64,000 bases of DNA from Thermoplasmatota archaeon (lineage in GTDB: Archaea > Thermoplasmatota > Thermoplasmata > RBG-16-68-12 > JAGMCJ01), in contig JAJISE010000001.1 in NCBI GenBank assembly GCA_022848865.1, positions 49,036-113,035 of the forward strand, read 5' to 3'. Shown piece by piece: positions 48,893 through 57,778 of the stretch (positions are counted from its first letter, which is position 1; each line of letters opens with the position of its first letter). The translations under genes were made by a program, and so were the position numbers. The notes below the pieces were generated by a model. It was not told the DNA's origin. It made no database searches and worked only from the letters and a program-made list of their open reading frames with translations.

Positions 48893-49123
48893 CCGACGGA
48901 CTACTGAAGGAATCGACGCAGCAGAGCATAGGATTCCTATGGCTCGCGTATAGGATTCGTATAGGATCCCTATGGAAACTGTATAGGATTCATATGGGAT
49001 TTGTATGGAATTTGTATGCAATCGGTATGAGTATCTCCTGAGCATCCCCTGAGCATCCTATGGTCATCTCCTGCGAAAGGTATAGAAGAGCTATGGGAAG
49101 AGTATGGGGAGAATATGGAAGTG
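48893..49123. repeat. Degenerate tandem array of 11-bp units (18 clear, up to 21)
   Basis: gcataggattc ctatggctcgc gtataggattc gtataggatcc ctatggaaact gtataggattc atatgggattt gtatggaattt ... with no indels. Confidence 0.85.
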
Positions 49124-49203
49124 GAGAGGAAGAACTTGACCGTTCAGGGCAGTCCTTCGCAAACCTTTATACTCTTTCCATCGATTGCGGAGCGGGGGTT
49201 ATA

Positions 49204-50214
49204 TTGAGCGTCAAAGTGGCGATCAATGGCTATGGGACGATAGGTAAGAGGATAGCCGACGCGGTAGCTTCGCAGGATGATATGGAAGTGATCGGTGTAA
49301 CGAAGACCAGACCGACCTACGAGGCGAAGATGGCAATCTTGCGGGGATACCCGTTCTACGCAGCATCCGAGGAATCTGTAGGACGCTTCAAGGACAAGGG
49401 AATTGAGGTCCAGGGGACCCTTGACGACCTGCTCGAACAGGCTGACATAGTCGTGGACGGGACCCCCAAGAACATGGGATACAAGGAGACCTACGAGAAG
49501 GCGGGCGTGAAGGCCATATGGCAGGGAGGCGAGAAGCACGAGTTGACCGGGCTTTCGTTCAACGCCCAGGCGAACTACGACGAGGCGCTCGGCGCCGACT
49601 ACGTCAGAGTCGTTTCATGCAACACGACCGGACTCATAAGGACGCTGTACCCCCTTCACAAGGAGTTCGGAGTGGAGTATGTCATGGCCGTGATGATCAG
49701 GCGGGGAGCAGATCCCTGGGATACGAAGAGGGGCCCCATAAATGCGGTGGAGCCCGTGCTCAAGGTTCCGTCACACCACGGTCCCGATGTGCAGACGGTC
49801 ATGCCCTACCTGAACATCCAGACGACCGCGGTGAAGGTCCCGACGACCATAATGCATCTCCATTCCCTCATGGTCAGGCTGAAGCGGGAGGTCAGCAGAG
49901 ATGATGTCCTCAAAGTGTGGGAGAACTCCCCGAGGATCCTCTTCGTTGAGGGGGAGGAGGGAATCAAATCCACGGCCCAGATCATGGAGATGGCCAAGGA
50001 CATGTGCAGGAACAGGGCGGACCTGTACGAGATAGCCGTGTGGCGGGACGGCACCCATGTGGTGGGCGATTCGCTCTACTACTACCAGGCGATCCATCAG
50101 GAGTCCGATGTCGTGCCCGAGAACGTGGACGCGATCAGGGCCATGATGGAAATCGAGAAGGACAACATGAAGAGCATGAAGAAGACGGACCTCGCATTGG
50201 GCATAGAGTGCTAG
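49204..50214 (+). CDS. gap: Type II (archaeal) phosphorylating glyceraldehyde-3-phosphate dehydrogenase
   Basis: [51 protein letters not shown] start. Confidence 0.96.
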   Translation: MSVKVAINGYGTIGKRIADAVASQDDMEVIGVTKTRPTYEAKMAILRGYPFYAASEESVGRFKDKGIEVQGTLDDLLEQADIVVDGTPKNMGYKETYEKAGVKAIWQGGEKHELTGLSFNAQANYDEALGADYVRVVSCNTTGLIRTLYPLHKEFGVEYVMAVMIRRGADPWDTKRGPINAVEPVLKVPSHHGPDVQTVMPYLNIQTTAVKVPTTIMHLHSLMVRLKREVSRDDVLKVWENSPRILFVEGEEGIKSTAQIMEMAKDMCRNRADLYEIAVWRDGTHVVGDSLYYYQAIHQESDVVPENVDAIRAMMEIEKDNMKSMKKTDLALGIEC

Positions 50215-50367
50215 ATTCGATGAGCCAGATGGTGAGGTTCAAAACCTTACATTGTCAGAAACTTGACAGAAGCCCCGCAGGGAAGCGCCGCGAAAATGGG
50301 GGTAGCGAGAACGGAGCGCCACCGATTTTGAGGGTAGAGGCGAAGCCGAGCACCGCGAGTTTCGAGG

Positions 50368-51402
50368 TCAGTTGGAGCGCCGTACGGCTTCGAGGATTTC
50401 CGAGATACGATCTGCGATATCATCCTCTACACCAGACTGCAAGAGTGAATACATCGCTTCTCGTATCTTTCCGTCAAGCCCATAGTACTTGACGTTGCCC
50501 AGCGAAGCATGCGGCTGAAGAGCTAGATATGTTTCATGGTCACTCTCAAGAACCCAGAAGACAAGGAGTTCCACGGCGTCTGGATGTCCTGCGCCTACGA
50601 GGACGTTGAACGCCCTCTTCGCAATCTGGCGCGAAGGCATCGACTTCCCGATTTCCCTGATCTTCTCCATCCATCGAGACACCACATTCTTCTCAATGGT
50701 TCTCCCTCTGTAACCAAGAATACGGAGGAATTCAAGAGCGCCCTCGATTTCCTTCTCGGATTTGGAGTCCAACGTTTTCCTCACCAGTTCCGGGATTTCC
50801 TCGTGCTCGAATATGATGTACGTGTGCACCATGGACTCGAGGTCCATCAACGCCTCAAGACGAAGCGACGGATTCTCGCTCTTGAGCATCTTCACAATCA
50901 AAGAGGCTTCTGAATCCGGGATTTGCTTCCTTGGAGGCTCTCTCTGTGCCGGCGTTATTTCTGGCCTTTCTCCATGGAGCAATCCCTTCATTCTCAGACG
51001 CATGATTACACCAGCGCTATCAAGGTAGTCTGTCTTATCACCGATACGTATGGGGAACCGGAACTTGTCATCGCAGTGTGGCACGGTGCCCTCCGGTACT
51101 TCGAGAACAAGGAACTCCTTGTTTCCCCATGAAATCCGCTTGCTGTTGATAGCAACAGGTGGGCGGCAGTTCCCTGCCTGCTGAGAGATTCTGCTAGGGT
51201 CTCTCTCATCTATCTGGCATCCAATAGGATTCTTCTCATCGGTAAAACCGAAGACAATGTGACCTCCTTCGTGATTGGCCAAGGCGGCTATGTCCGTCGA
51301 CAATCCCCTAATCACCTCATCCGAAATCTCCCTCTTGAGTTCCACGTGAGAACTCTCGGCATCACGAACTAGCTCCTCAAGATCATCCAGCGTCTTAACC
51401 AT
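50368..51402 (-). CDS. Schlafen/AlbA_2 domain protein with helical-repeat (HEAT-like) C-terminus
   Basis: ESSHVELK, IAALANHEGGHIVFG, CRPPV, PIRIG. ATG after GGAGGG. Confidence 0.82.
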   Translation of the reverse strand: MVKTLDDLEELVRDAESSHVELKREISDEVIRGLSTDIAALANHEGGHIVFGFTDEKNPIGCQIDERDPSRISQQAGNCRPPVAINSKRISWGNKEFLVLEVPEGTVPHCDDKFRFPIRIGDKTDYLDSAGVIMRLRMKGLLHGERPEITPAQREPPRKQIPDSEASLIVKMLKSENPSLRLEALMDLESMVHTYIIFEHEEIPELVRKTLDSKSEKEIEGALEFLRILGYRGRTIEKNVVSRWMEKIREIGKSMPSRQIAKRAFNVLVGAGHPDAVELLVFWVLESDHETYLALQPHASLGNVKYYGLDGKIREAMYSLLQSGVEDDIADRISEILEAVRRSN

Positions 51403-51430
51403 GTCATGTCCCTCCACATAGAACTTCCAT

Positions 51431-51679
51431 CTACCCAAAGAAATCGGATAGCTCCCTTTCTATCCTTTTCCAAACAGGAATACTACAGTCAATTGTCACG
51501 TGCACGGTGTTCTCACGGACTTCATAAGTCCCTGATAGAAGACCAGTTGGATGAGAGAAATTCCCCCTCCGAGCGTTGCCAGACAGTGACCATCCATTCT
51601 CTTCGGCTCGCTGGTTCACGATTCTGAATAGGTCTTCTGGAGTGTATTTCAAGTCAATATCGTATGTTCTTCTCGCCAT
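51431..51679 (-). CDS. Small hypothetical protein (82 aa)
   Basis: Clean ORF with alpha-beta-alpha pattern, 28 bp upstream of the AlbA_2 gene. Confidence 0.65.
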   Translation of the reverse strand: MARRTYDIDLKYTPEDLFRIVNQRAEENGWSLSGNARRGNFSHPTGLLSGTYEVRENTVHVTIDCSIPVWKRIERELSDFFG

Positions 51680-51735
51680 TGTCAGAGATATGGCATTGGT
51701 TCCTTATCTATGTGTCCCACGACGTGCGACGACGA

Positions 51736-52000
51736 CTATCCAGCGTGTCCGTTGTACCGGACCAGGAGGCTGTAATCTGGAAAGGGAATCTCCCCGTAGG
51801 TGAACGGCTGGAATCGTCCACTGCCTTCAATGATCCCCTCTCCTACGTTGAGGGCGTCGATGGTTGGCTGATACACTCTGGACCATCGGGGCCTGCGAGC
51901 TGCGGGCAGGTAGGTGAAATACTGGAGCTTCTCGACCAGTCGGTTGTCAATGTCGCTGATGTTGTGGGTCGTTACACAGACGGAGATTGAGCGCCTTCCG
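51736..52000 (-). pseudogene. Start-less C-terminal remnant resembling an FtsK/HerA/A32/Zot-like ATPase
   Basis: RRSISVCVTTHNISDIDNRLVEKLQYFTYL...LNVGEGII...; not in ORF track. Confidence 0.4.
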
Positions 52001-52009
52001 ATAGTTTTC

Positions 52010-52195
52010 TTATTTGACTCCGAGCTCTATCATCTTCTTGACCAGAAGTCTCTGAACATCTTCATCTTGGAGTATCGTTGAGAGCTTTCCATCCAGGCTC
52101 TCCATTTCGTCCTGCAGTGCTGCCGCAGTCTGAATATCGAGTATGGCCCCACACCCAGTGCAGAACCTACCTGTAGCTTTGGACAAGGCTCAACA
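52010..52195 (-). pseudogene. C-terminal remnant of an archaeal tyrosine integrase (Zn ribbon plus helical tail)
   Basis: C*ALSKATGRFCTGCGAILDIQTAAALQDE...LQDEDVQRLLVKKMIELGVK*. Confidence 0.6.
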
Positions 52196-52450
52196 CGAAC
52201 TCAGGGAGGACCTCCAACCCATACCTCTCACAAACGAGCATAGAAGAATACTTCCCCTGAAGAAGGGATCATCGTACTGCGTAGCTGTATCACAAAGTCG
52301 TCTTACGGTCGCTAGGGATGAGGAATGAATACAGCATTTGGTGTCATATGGAAATGCGTACAGGTTTCTGATCTTGGGAATGATTGTGCAGATGGTGGCG
52401 GAGTCTGCTACCCAGGAGAGGTTTCCCACTTCGAGCTTTCCGGAAGGTCC

Positions 52451-53968
52451 TCAGGGTCCCGCTTCATCTGGCCCTTTCCTTCTATTCACAATCAGCAGTG
52501 CAAGCATCACCACGACAATCCCAACTGGAAGACCTACTGCGATCCACATCCAATCTTGAGAACCCTCCTTCGGCAGAGGACCTCTTTCGAGCACTATCTC
52601 TCCAATATCAATCGTCGGTGTGCCTTCCGATACAGAGAATATCATTGTCTCATGGCCCACATATCCCTCTCTGGATACAAGCACCGTGTAGCTGCCGAAA
52701 GGAACATCGAAAAACTCAAAAACACCATTTGGATCGGCGGTCTCAGCATCCACTATGTTGCCAGTGCCCACATCCTTCAGTTGGACGACTGCGCCTTCCA
52801 ACGGATTCCCTTCCTTGTCCTGAACCGTCCCTGCTATCGTGCCTGTTGTCGTTAGTTCGGCTTCCGTCGTCCAGGTCCATGCATAAGGAGTAGTTGCCAA
52901 TGGATTGCCGTTCACATCGTCGGCTCCTGACACAGTGAATGTGTATGTGATGGAGAATGCAAAGTCATCGCGCGTCCCTGTTATCTTGGTGTCTCCAGCA
53001 TTCCATGTCCACGTCCAACCTCCGACATATGGGTCGATTGTGAAGTCGAAGCTTGTAGTATCCATCGCCTCGCTGAACCTAACAACGACATCTTGGGTGA
53101 TTTGCACATTTGAATCGGAGCTTGCTGGTGTCGTGGAAAGAATCGATGGTGGCGTGACATCGCCCGACGGAGCAGCAACAGCAATTGTATGCAAGACATC
53201 TGCTAACGTGTTAGCAGCTCTATTCAAAGATGCACCCGCACTGTCTTTGAACGCAGGATCTAACCAGTCATAACTACTGTCCATCCAAGTGCAGCTTTTG
53301 ATATCGGCACCATCCCCGAATGTTGTACTATAGGCAACATCAAGTGCGGCATCGTAAGCATCTATCGAAAAAAGAGCCCCATCGAAAGCAAGATAGGGAT
53401 CGAACATGCTCGACATATAGCTCGTCGTCCGATCTCTAACGTAGTTCTCATAATCGCTATGGTGCGTCTCCGCACCCCAATCAGTGCTCGAGCCCATAAC
53501 GTGCCCGAAAACAGCTAGGTCGACTATGTAGTGGCTCATAACACCTGCGTATTTGGCTGCCAGGGCATCGTTCCCACTATTGAGATGGTCGATGACATCC
53601 TCGTATGCTTGCTGGGCTCTTGTTGCAGAAATACCATCCTGCAGATTACCGGACGAATAGTAGTAGACATGGTGGTTGAAAGAGTCACCGATGCCGTCGG
53701 GCGCTCCACCGTTGTCCGGTAGCTCAGTACCGTAGAGATAGTCTTGGAGGTTGCTAAGGATGTATTGCTTCTCATTGCTCGGAAGCCAGTCCAAAGCATG
53801 CTCAGCTATCCAGTCGTGTGTGCCGTAATCAGGATTCGAGGGGTCGGCGCTGTATCCGCCATTGGACCACGCGACGGTTTGTGATGCTGCGAGCAATATT
53901 GGGAGCATGCCTGCAAGCATGATTGCTGTTATGATGTAGACCTTAGTCCTCCTGAGATTCTCCTCCAT
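52451..53968 (-). CDS. Membrane-anchored Zn-dependent phospholipase C / S1-P1 nuclease-fold protein with Ig-like domains
   Basis: Signal peptide exposing Trp1 (VA|WSNG), THDWIA, PD, HH, SHYIVD, HSDYE; Big_5 (FSEAMD), carboxypeptidase-regulatory-like domain, TM. Confidence 0.8.
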   Translation of the reverse strand: MEENLRRTKVYIITAIMLAGMLPILLAASQTVAWSNGGYSADPSNPDYGTHDWIAEHALDWLPSNEKQYILSNLQDYLYGTELPDNGGAPDGIGDSFNHHVYYYSSGNLQDGISATRAQQAYEDVIDHLNSGNDALAAKYAGVMSHYIVDLAVFGHVMGSSTDWGAETHHSDYENYVRDRTTSYMSSMFDPYLAFDGALFSIDAYDAALDVAYSTTFGDGADIKSCTWMDSSYDWLDPAFKDSAGASLNRAANTLADVLHTIAVAAPSGDVTPPSILSTTPASSDSNVQITQDVVVRFSEAMDTTSFDFTIDPYVGGWTWTWNAGDTKITGTRDDFAFSITYTFTVSGADDVNGNPLATTPYAWTWTTEAELTTTGTIAGTVQDKEGNPLEGAVVQLKDVGTGNIVDAETADPNGVFEFFDVPFGSYTVLVSREGYVGHETMIFSVSEGTPTIDIGEIVLERGPLPKEGSQDWMWIAVGLPVGIVVVMLALLIVNRRKGPDEAGP

Positions 53969-54428
53969 TCCGCCGTTTCCCCCGAATGGCTGAGTGTTGA
54001 ATCCGTTGCGCCGATAAAAGTGTTTCCCAGAAGGCATTTCAGAATCACTTCTCGGGAGCCATTTCAGAGGGAACAGTTTGCCATCGTAACGTCGCTGTTC
54101 ATATCGAAGGAAATCACTTCTCGTCTGAAGGTAGGCTCTTGGAGGCTTTCTCGTGGATTCTGAGCCACTTTCACTTTGGGATGAGCGGAAGCTGTCAAAA
54201 GAGAACCACTGCCAGAGAGCAGTCTGTCTGCCTCTGTGTGCATTTCCTGACTCTCCTTCGCTAGAGTGCATTGGGACGGTCCTCTCAAACCGTTTCCCAT
54301 CCCGAGAGGGATATGCAAATAGGATGATATGATTATTTTCTGAGCATATGTGATGGAAAGTGTCTAATAGCAGGTATGATATAAAGCTCAGCAAAGCATA
54401 TAGTCTGATAATCCATGCTTAGCATATC

Positions 54429-54656
54429 TTGGTATCAGACAAGTCTGCTTTCGGGGATGATGAAGTGGAAAAGAAGATTCTGGAGGCAATTCGCAATAGT
54501 CCAAGGGGAACCTATATCGAAGAGCTGGCGAGGGAACTCAAGTTGAATAGAGCGACTATCAAGGATCGGGTAATCAGATTGGAAGCTCAGGGAAAGATAG
54601 AGGCCGAGAAGAAAGGAGCTACCAAGATGCTCTACTACAAAGAGGACGGGAACTGA
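54429..54656 (+). CDS. Small winged-HTH regulator upstream of the MTase
   Basis: ILEAI...YIEELARELKLNRATI..V..LE..GKI...KKG..KM.Y. Confidence 0.8.
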   Translation: MVSDKSAFGDDEVEKKILEAIRNSPRGTYIEELARELKLNRATIKDRVIRLEAQGKIEAEKKGATKMLYYKEDGN

Positions 54657-54677
54657 GTTCCAGTGGAAATGACGGGG
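54657..54677 (+). promoter_or_regulatory. ORB (origin recognition box)-like element
   Basis: GTTCCAGTGGAAATGACGGGG matches the archaeal ORB core plus G-string; intergenic. Confidence 0.5.
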
Positions 54678-54689
54678 ACGGTGTCTTAG

Positions 54690-55490
54690 TTGGCCGGCGA
54701 AGTGATTTTGGGCGATGCCCTGGAAGGCATGGAGAGACTGGACAAAGAGACCTTCGACTGCGTCTATGCAGATCCAGACTACAATGTGGGAGTGAACTAC
54801 AATGGCAAGAGGTACAAGAGATCTTTTGAGGAATACATCGAATGGTGCTCTGAGTGGTCAAGGGAAGCCCACAGGCTACTCAAACCCACCGGTAATTTCT
54901 TTGTGGTGAACTACCCAAGGAACAATGCCTATCTTTGGGCAAGCACTCTGGACGAATTGTACCACGATGTGCAGGAATATGTGTGGGTCTATAACACCAA
55001 TGTGGGGCATTCACCGAAGAGATTCACTACAGCTCATAGGTCAGTTCTCCACTGTCGAAAGACCAATGACAACAACTGGTTCAAGGATCAAGTGGCTCAA
55101 CCGTACAAGAATCCCACGGACAAACGCATAAGAAGGAACATCGCCAACGGATCTAAGGGAAGAATGCCGTATTCTTGGCTCTATTACAACCTCGTGAAGA
55201 ATGTCTCAAGGGAAAAGACAAATCACGTATGTCAAATCCCACAGAAGCTTTCGGAACTGCTATTCAAGGCCTCCATGAAAAAGGGTGACAAGGTCCTGGT
55301 GATGTTCGGGGGCTCGGGTAGTGAAGTCTTGGTGGCAACTCGTCTTGGGCTGGAATACACGACCTTCGAAATAGACCCCAAGTATCACAAGCTCATTCTC
55401 AAGCGAATCAAGAGAGTAGAGACGGCGGTCAGAGAGGGAGAGTTGAAGCCCCTAACATATTATACTGAACCGCTCTCACAAACTCAATAG
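54690..55490 (+). CDS. Site-specific DNA methyltransferase (N4C/N6A, beta class)
   Basis: N-terminal catalytic motif variant DPDY, HRLLKP.G, H.CQIP, C-terminal SAM motif FGGSGS. Confidence 0.9.
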   Translation: MAGEVILGDALEGMERLDKETFDCVYADPDYNVGVNYNGKRYKRSFEEYIEWCSEWSREAHRLLKPTGNFFVVNYPRNNAYLWASTLDELYHDVQEYVWVYNTNVGHSPKRFTTAHRSVLHCRKTNDNNWFKDQVAQPYKNPTDKRIRRNIANGSKGRMPYSWLYYNLVKNVSREKTNHVCQIPQKLSELLFKASMKKGDKVLVMFGGSGSEVLVATRLGLEYTTFEIDPKYHKLILKRIKRVETAVREGELKPLTYYTEPLSQTQ

Positions 55491-56235
55491 AATTGAAGTC
55501 CAGAGAGTTCTTGAACCTATACTCATGAAGCCTTACATAGCTCTGCTTCTTCGACTTAACCATGTTAGCGTAGATGTATCTGAGGCTGAACTTCGGTGGG
55601 ATGACTTTCTCCCTCTGGAACTTCTCGAAATACTTCATCGCTGTGAATAGCTGTCTGATCTCGAAGTTCGTCCTTGTCCCTCTCTTCACTTCTATTGGAG
55701 CGATAACGTCTTTGCCCTCCACAAATCCATCGATCTCCAATTGAAGTTGGTCTGGGTAGAAATCGTACTTGCCTATCTTGAAGTGAAATGAGAACTTCGA
55801 GCGTCTGGAATTGTGGATACGCAAGTCAGCGTCTCTCCGTCCGCATAGGAAATCGTGGAGTATCCTCTCGTTGTAGAGTGTCGAGAATGCCGAAGCCTCA
55901 CTCGCTCCAATCTCGTCCAACATGCTACCCCTCAACTTCCAGGGTTTGACTTCGTCCACATCCTCCAAGTAGTGATAACCGGTACCGCTGACGAAGGCAT
56001 GGTTTCCCCTTCCGAGATGGATGATAAAATAGCCCTCATCTTTCAAGGCTTCGGGCAACCTCTCATAGGTGTCAAACTTCGTCGCATCGAACTGATTGAC
56101 AAAGGCATACTTGACACAAATCTCCCTCACTTGGGGCGTGTTGAAATTGATGACATCGAGTCTTTCATCTTCGGGTTTCAGTCTTGTGAATAGCTCCGTA
56201 ATGATTCGCCGTTTCTTACCCTCTTTCTTTGCCAT
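55429..56235 (-). CDS. Putative type II restriction endonuclease, PD-(D/E)XK
   Basis: QLEIDGFVE...IEVK...FEIRQL; KFD..E.LP; convergent with and overlapping the MTase. Confidence 0.75.
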   Translation of the reverse strand: MAKKEGKKRRIITELFTRLKPEDERLDVINFNTPQVREICVKYAFVNQFDATKFDTYERLPEALKDEGYFIIHLGRGNHAFVSGTGYHYLEDVDEVKPWKLRGSMLDEIGASEASAFSTLYNERILHDFLCGRRDADLRIHNSRRSKFSFHFKIGKYDFYPDQLQLEIDGFVEGKDVIAPIEVKRGTRTNFEIRQLFTAMKYFEKFQREKVIPPKFSLRYIYANMVKSKKQSYVRLHEYRFKNSLDFNSIEFVRAVQYNMLGASTLPL

Positions 56236-56474
56236 CTTTTCAGACAAAGAGGCAGTGGACTATTAACCTTTGGTGAGTGAGTCAATGTCCGACAGCTGCC
56301 ATCCAGTATTCCGAGGAATATCCTAACTAACGGGAAGGGACCCCGTCCGACTTCTGTCAGCCAGCATTTCGAAGGAGTGTATCACTTAACGGCACGGAAT
56401 CTCTGAACCGAAACCAGCAAGTATGTCTAGTAGGTTAGGAAGGTCGATTCCTGCGAAAGGAAGGAGTGTAGACC

Positions 56475-56960
56475 ATGCCTCGGAATCACCTGGAGCAACT
56501 GGTTCATGAATGGTATGAGTACAATGGATACTCTGTGCGGAGTAACGTCAAAGTGGGCCCACGTCCCCATGGCGGGTACGAAGGCGAATTGGACATTGTT
56601 GCTTTCAACCCAGAGTCAGGAGAGATTGTCCACGTTTGAATCTTCTAACGACGCTCTTTCTTGGATCAAGAGAGAGATGCGGTATGAGAGAAAGTTCAGC
56701 CTTGGAAAGAGATTCATTCCTGGACTATTTCCAAAGAGCCAGTCAAGACTAGATCAGATAGCTCTCCTCGTCTATGCAAGCAAGGATGCCCAAGGAAAGG
56801 AGTTGGGTGGAGGGTATGCACCATCGGTGGTTTTCTGGATGAGATATGTGCCAAACTCCTTGTGAAGCCCCCCCGAAGTGAGGCAGTTCCTGAGAACTAC
56901 CCGTTGTTGAGGACCATTCAGTTTGTGTTGCACTTCACAGAGTTGGGAAGATCTAATCCT
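56475..56960 (+). pseudogene. Doubly frameshifted PD-(D/E)XK nuclease-like gene
   Basis: MPRNHLEQLVHEWYEYNGY...ELDIVAFNP..IVHV / ESSNDALSW..RE.RY.RKF... / ..AVPENYPLLRTIQF across three frames. Confidence 0.7.
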
Positions 56961-57242
56961 GATCGAAGCCTGAAAAATGAGAACCAAGTCGAAAAGCCCC
57001 GTTTCGAACCCATTTGGGCCCGAATCCCCGTGAGCCCGTACCTCTCTTGCTGGCTGAAAATCAATTCGCGGTTTCTTCAATCTTGCTATCTGATCCTACG
57101 GACTTCTTCTCGACAACATCCCTTACCCTCTCCCCAAGGGATGCCTTCGCGTTGGCTACTGCGGGCGAAAGGATTATAGAACCCGAGCCATATGTGAAGC
57201 TCCAGAGGGGAGGAATGTGAAAGTGTCCTGGAGGGCTCAATC

Positions 57243-57773
57243 ATGGTGAAGTGCAAGAAGTGCAACAGAGAGATTCCGGTCGCGTCGAACTTCTGTCCAC
57301 GCTGCGGGTCCAAGCTCGGATTGGAGGCGAGGATCAAGAAGTGGAACCCGACGCAGAGGAAGGCGACGAACCTTGCGAAGACGCTCCAAGGACTGCGCCT
57401 GCAGAGGAAGGGAATCAAGAACGAGGCGGATGTCGAGAAGCAGATCATCTCGCTCCTTGCCGATGAGAGGGGCTTCCGGCACCGGTGGGGAGAGAGATCC
57501 GACGTCAAGCCCGTGTACGCCCTGGGATTCAAGCACGGTCCGGACGCTGAGGTCAGGGGGATAGCCCTCGAGGTGAAGTACGCCACGGGCTCGAGACACA
57601 TCCAGCAGGCGATCGGACAGGGGTTCCTGTACCACACCCAATATCCCTACGTCATGCTGTTCCTAGTCGATGGGACGAAGTCGAAGAAGATCAAGAAGAG
57701 CCTGGATTCCAAGGACGCCCAGCGGTTCGTGAGGAAGCTCAAGGAGATGGGGCTGTATCTGATCGTGAAGTGA
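57243..57773 (+). CDS. Zinc-ribbon + PD-(D/E)XK nuclease-like protein
   Basis: CKKC...FCPRCG; GPD...ALEVK; IGQ...Y. Confidence 0.7.
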   Translation: MVKCKKCNREIPVASNFCPRCGSKLGLEARIKKWNPTQRKATNLAKTLQGLRLQRKGIKNEADVEKQIISLLADERGFRHRWGERSDVKPVYALGFKHGPDAEVRGIALEVKYATGSRHIQQAIGQGFLYHTQYPYVMLFLVDGTKSKKIKKSLDSKDAQRFVRKLKEMGLYLIVK

Positions 57774-57778
57774 GGGAG

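Noticed and set aside
48893-49123. Possible CRISPR array or coding repeat
   Set aside because: No repeat-spacer alternation and no cas genes; period 11 is too short and not a multiple of 3. Track ORF 48859..49041 and the gap N-terminal extension look spurious.
50215-50367. Possible tRNA or att site at the island's left edge (GGTTCAAAACC)
   Set aside because: No cloverleaf, and no matching direct repeat found at the right side.
52190-52192. In-frame TGA as selenocysteine
   Set aside because: It does not occupy a Cys position, no SECIS-like element is evident, and it lies in a decayed fragment.
53969-54394. 141-aa N-terminal extension of the PLC-like ORF
   Set aside because: Non-coding-like composition; the signal peptide begins after ATG 53968.
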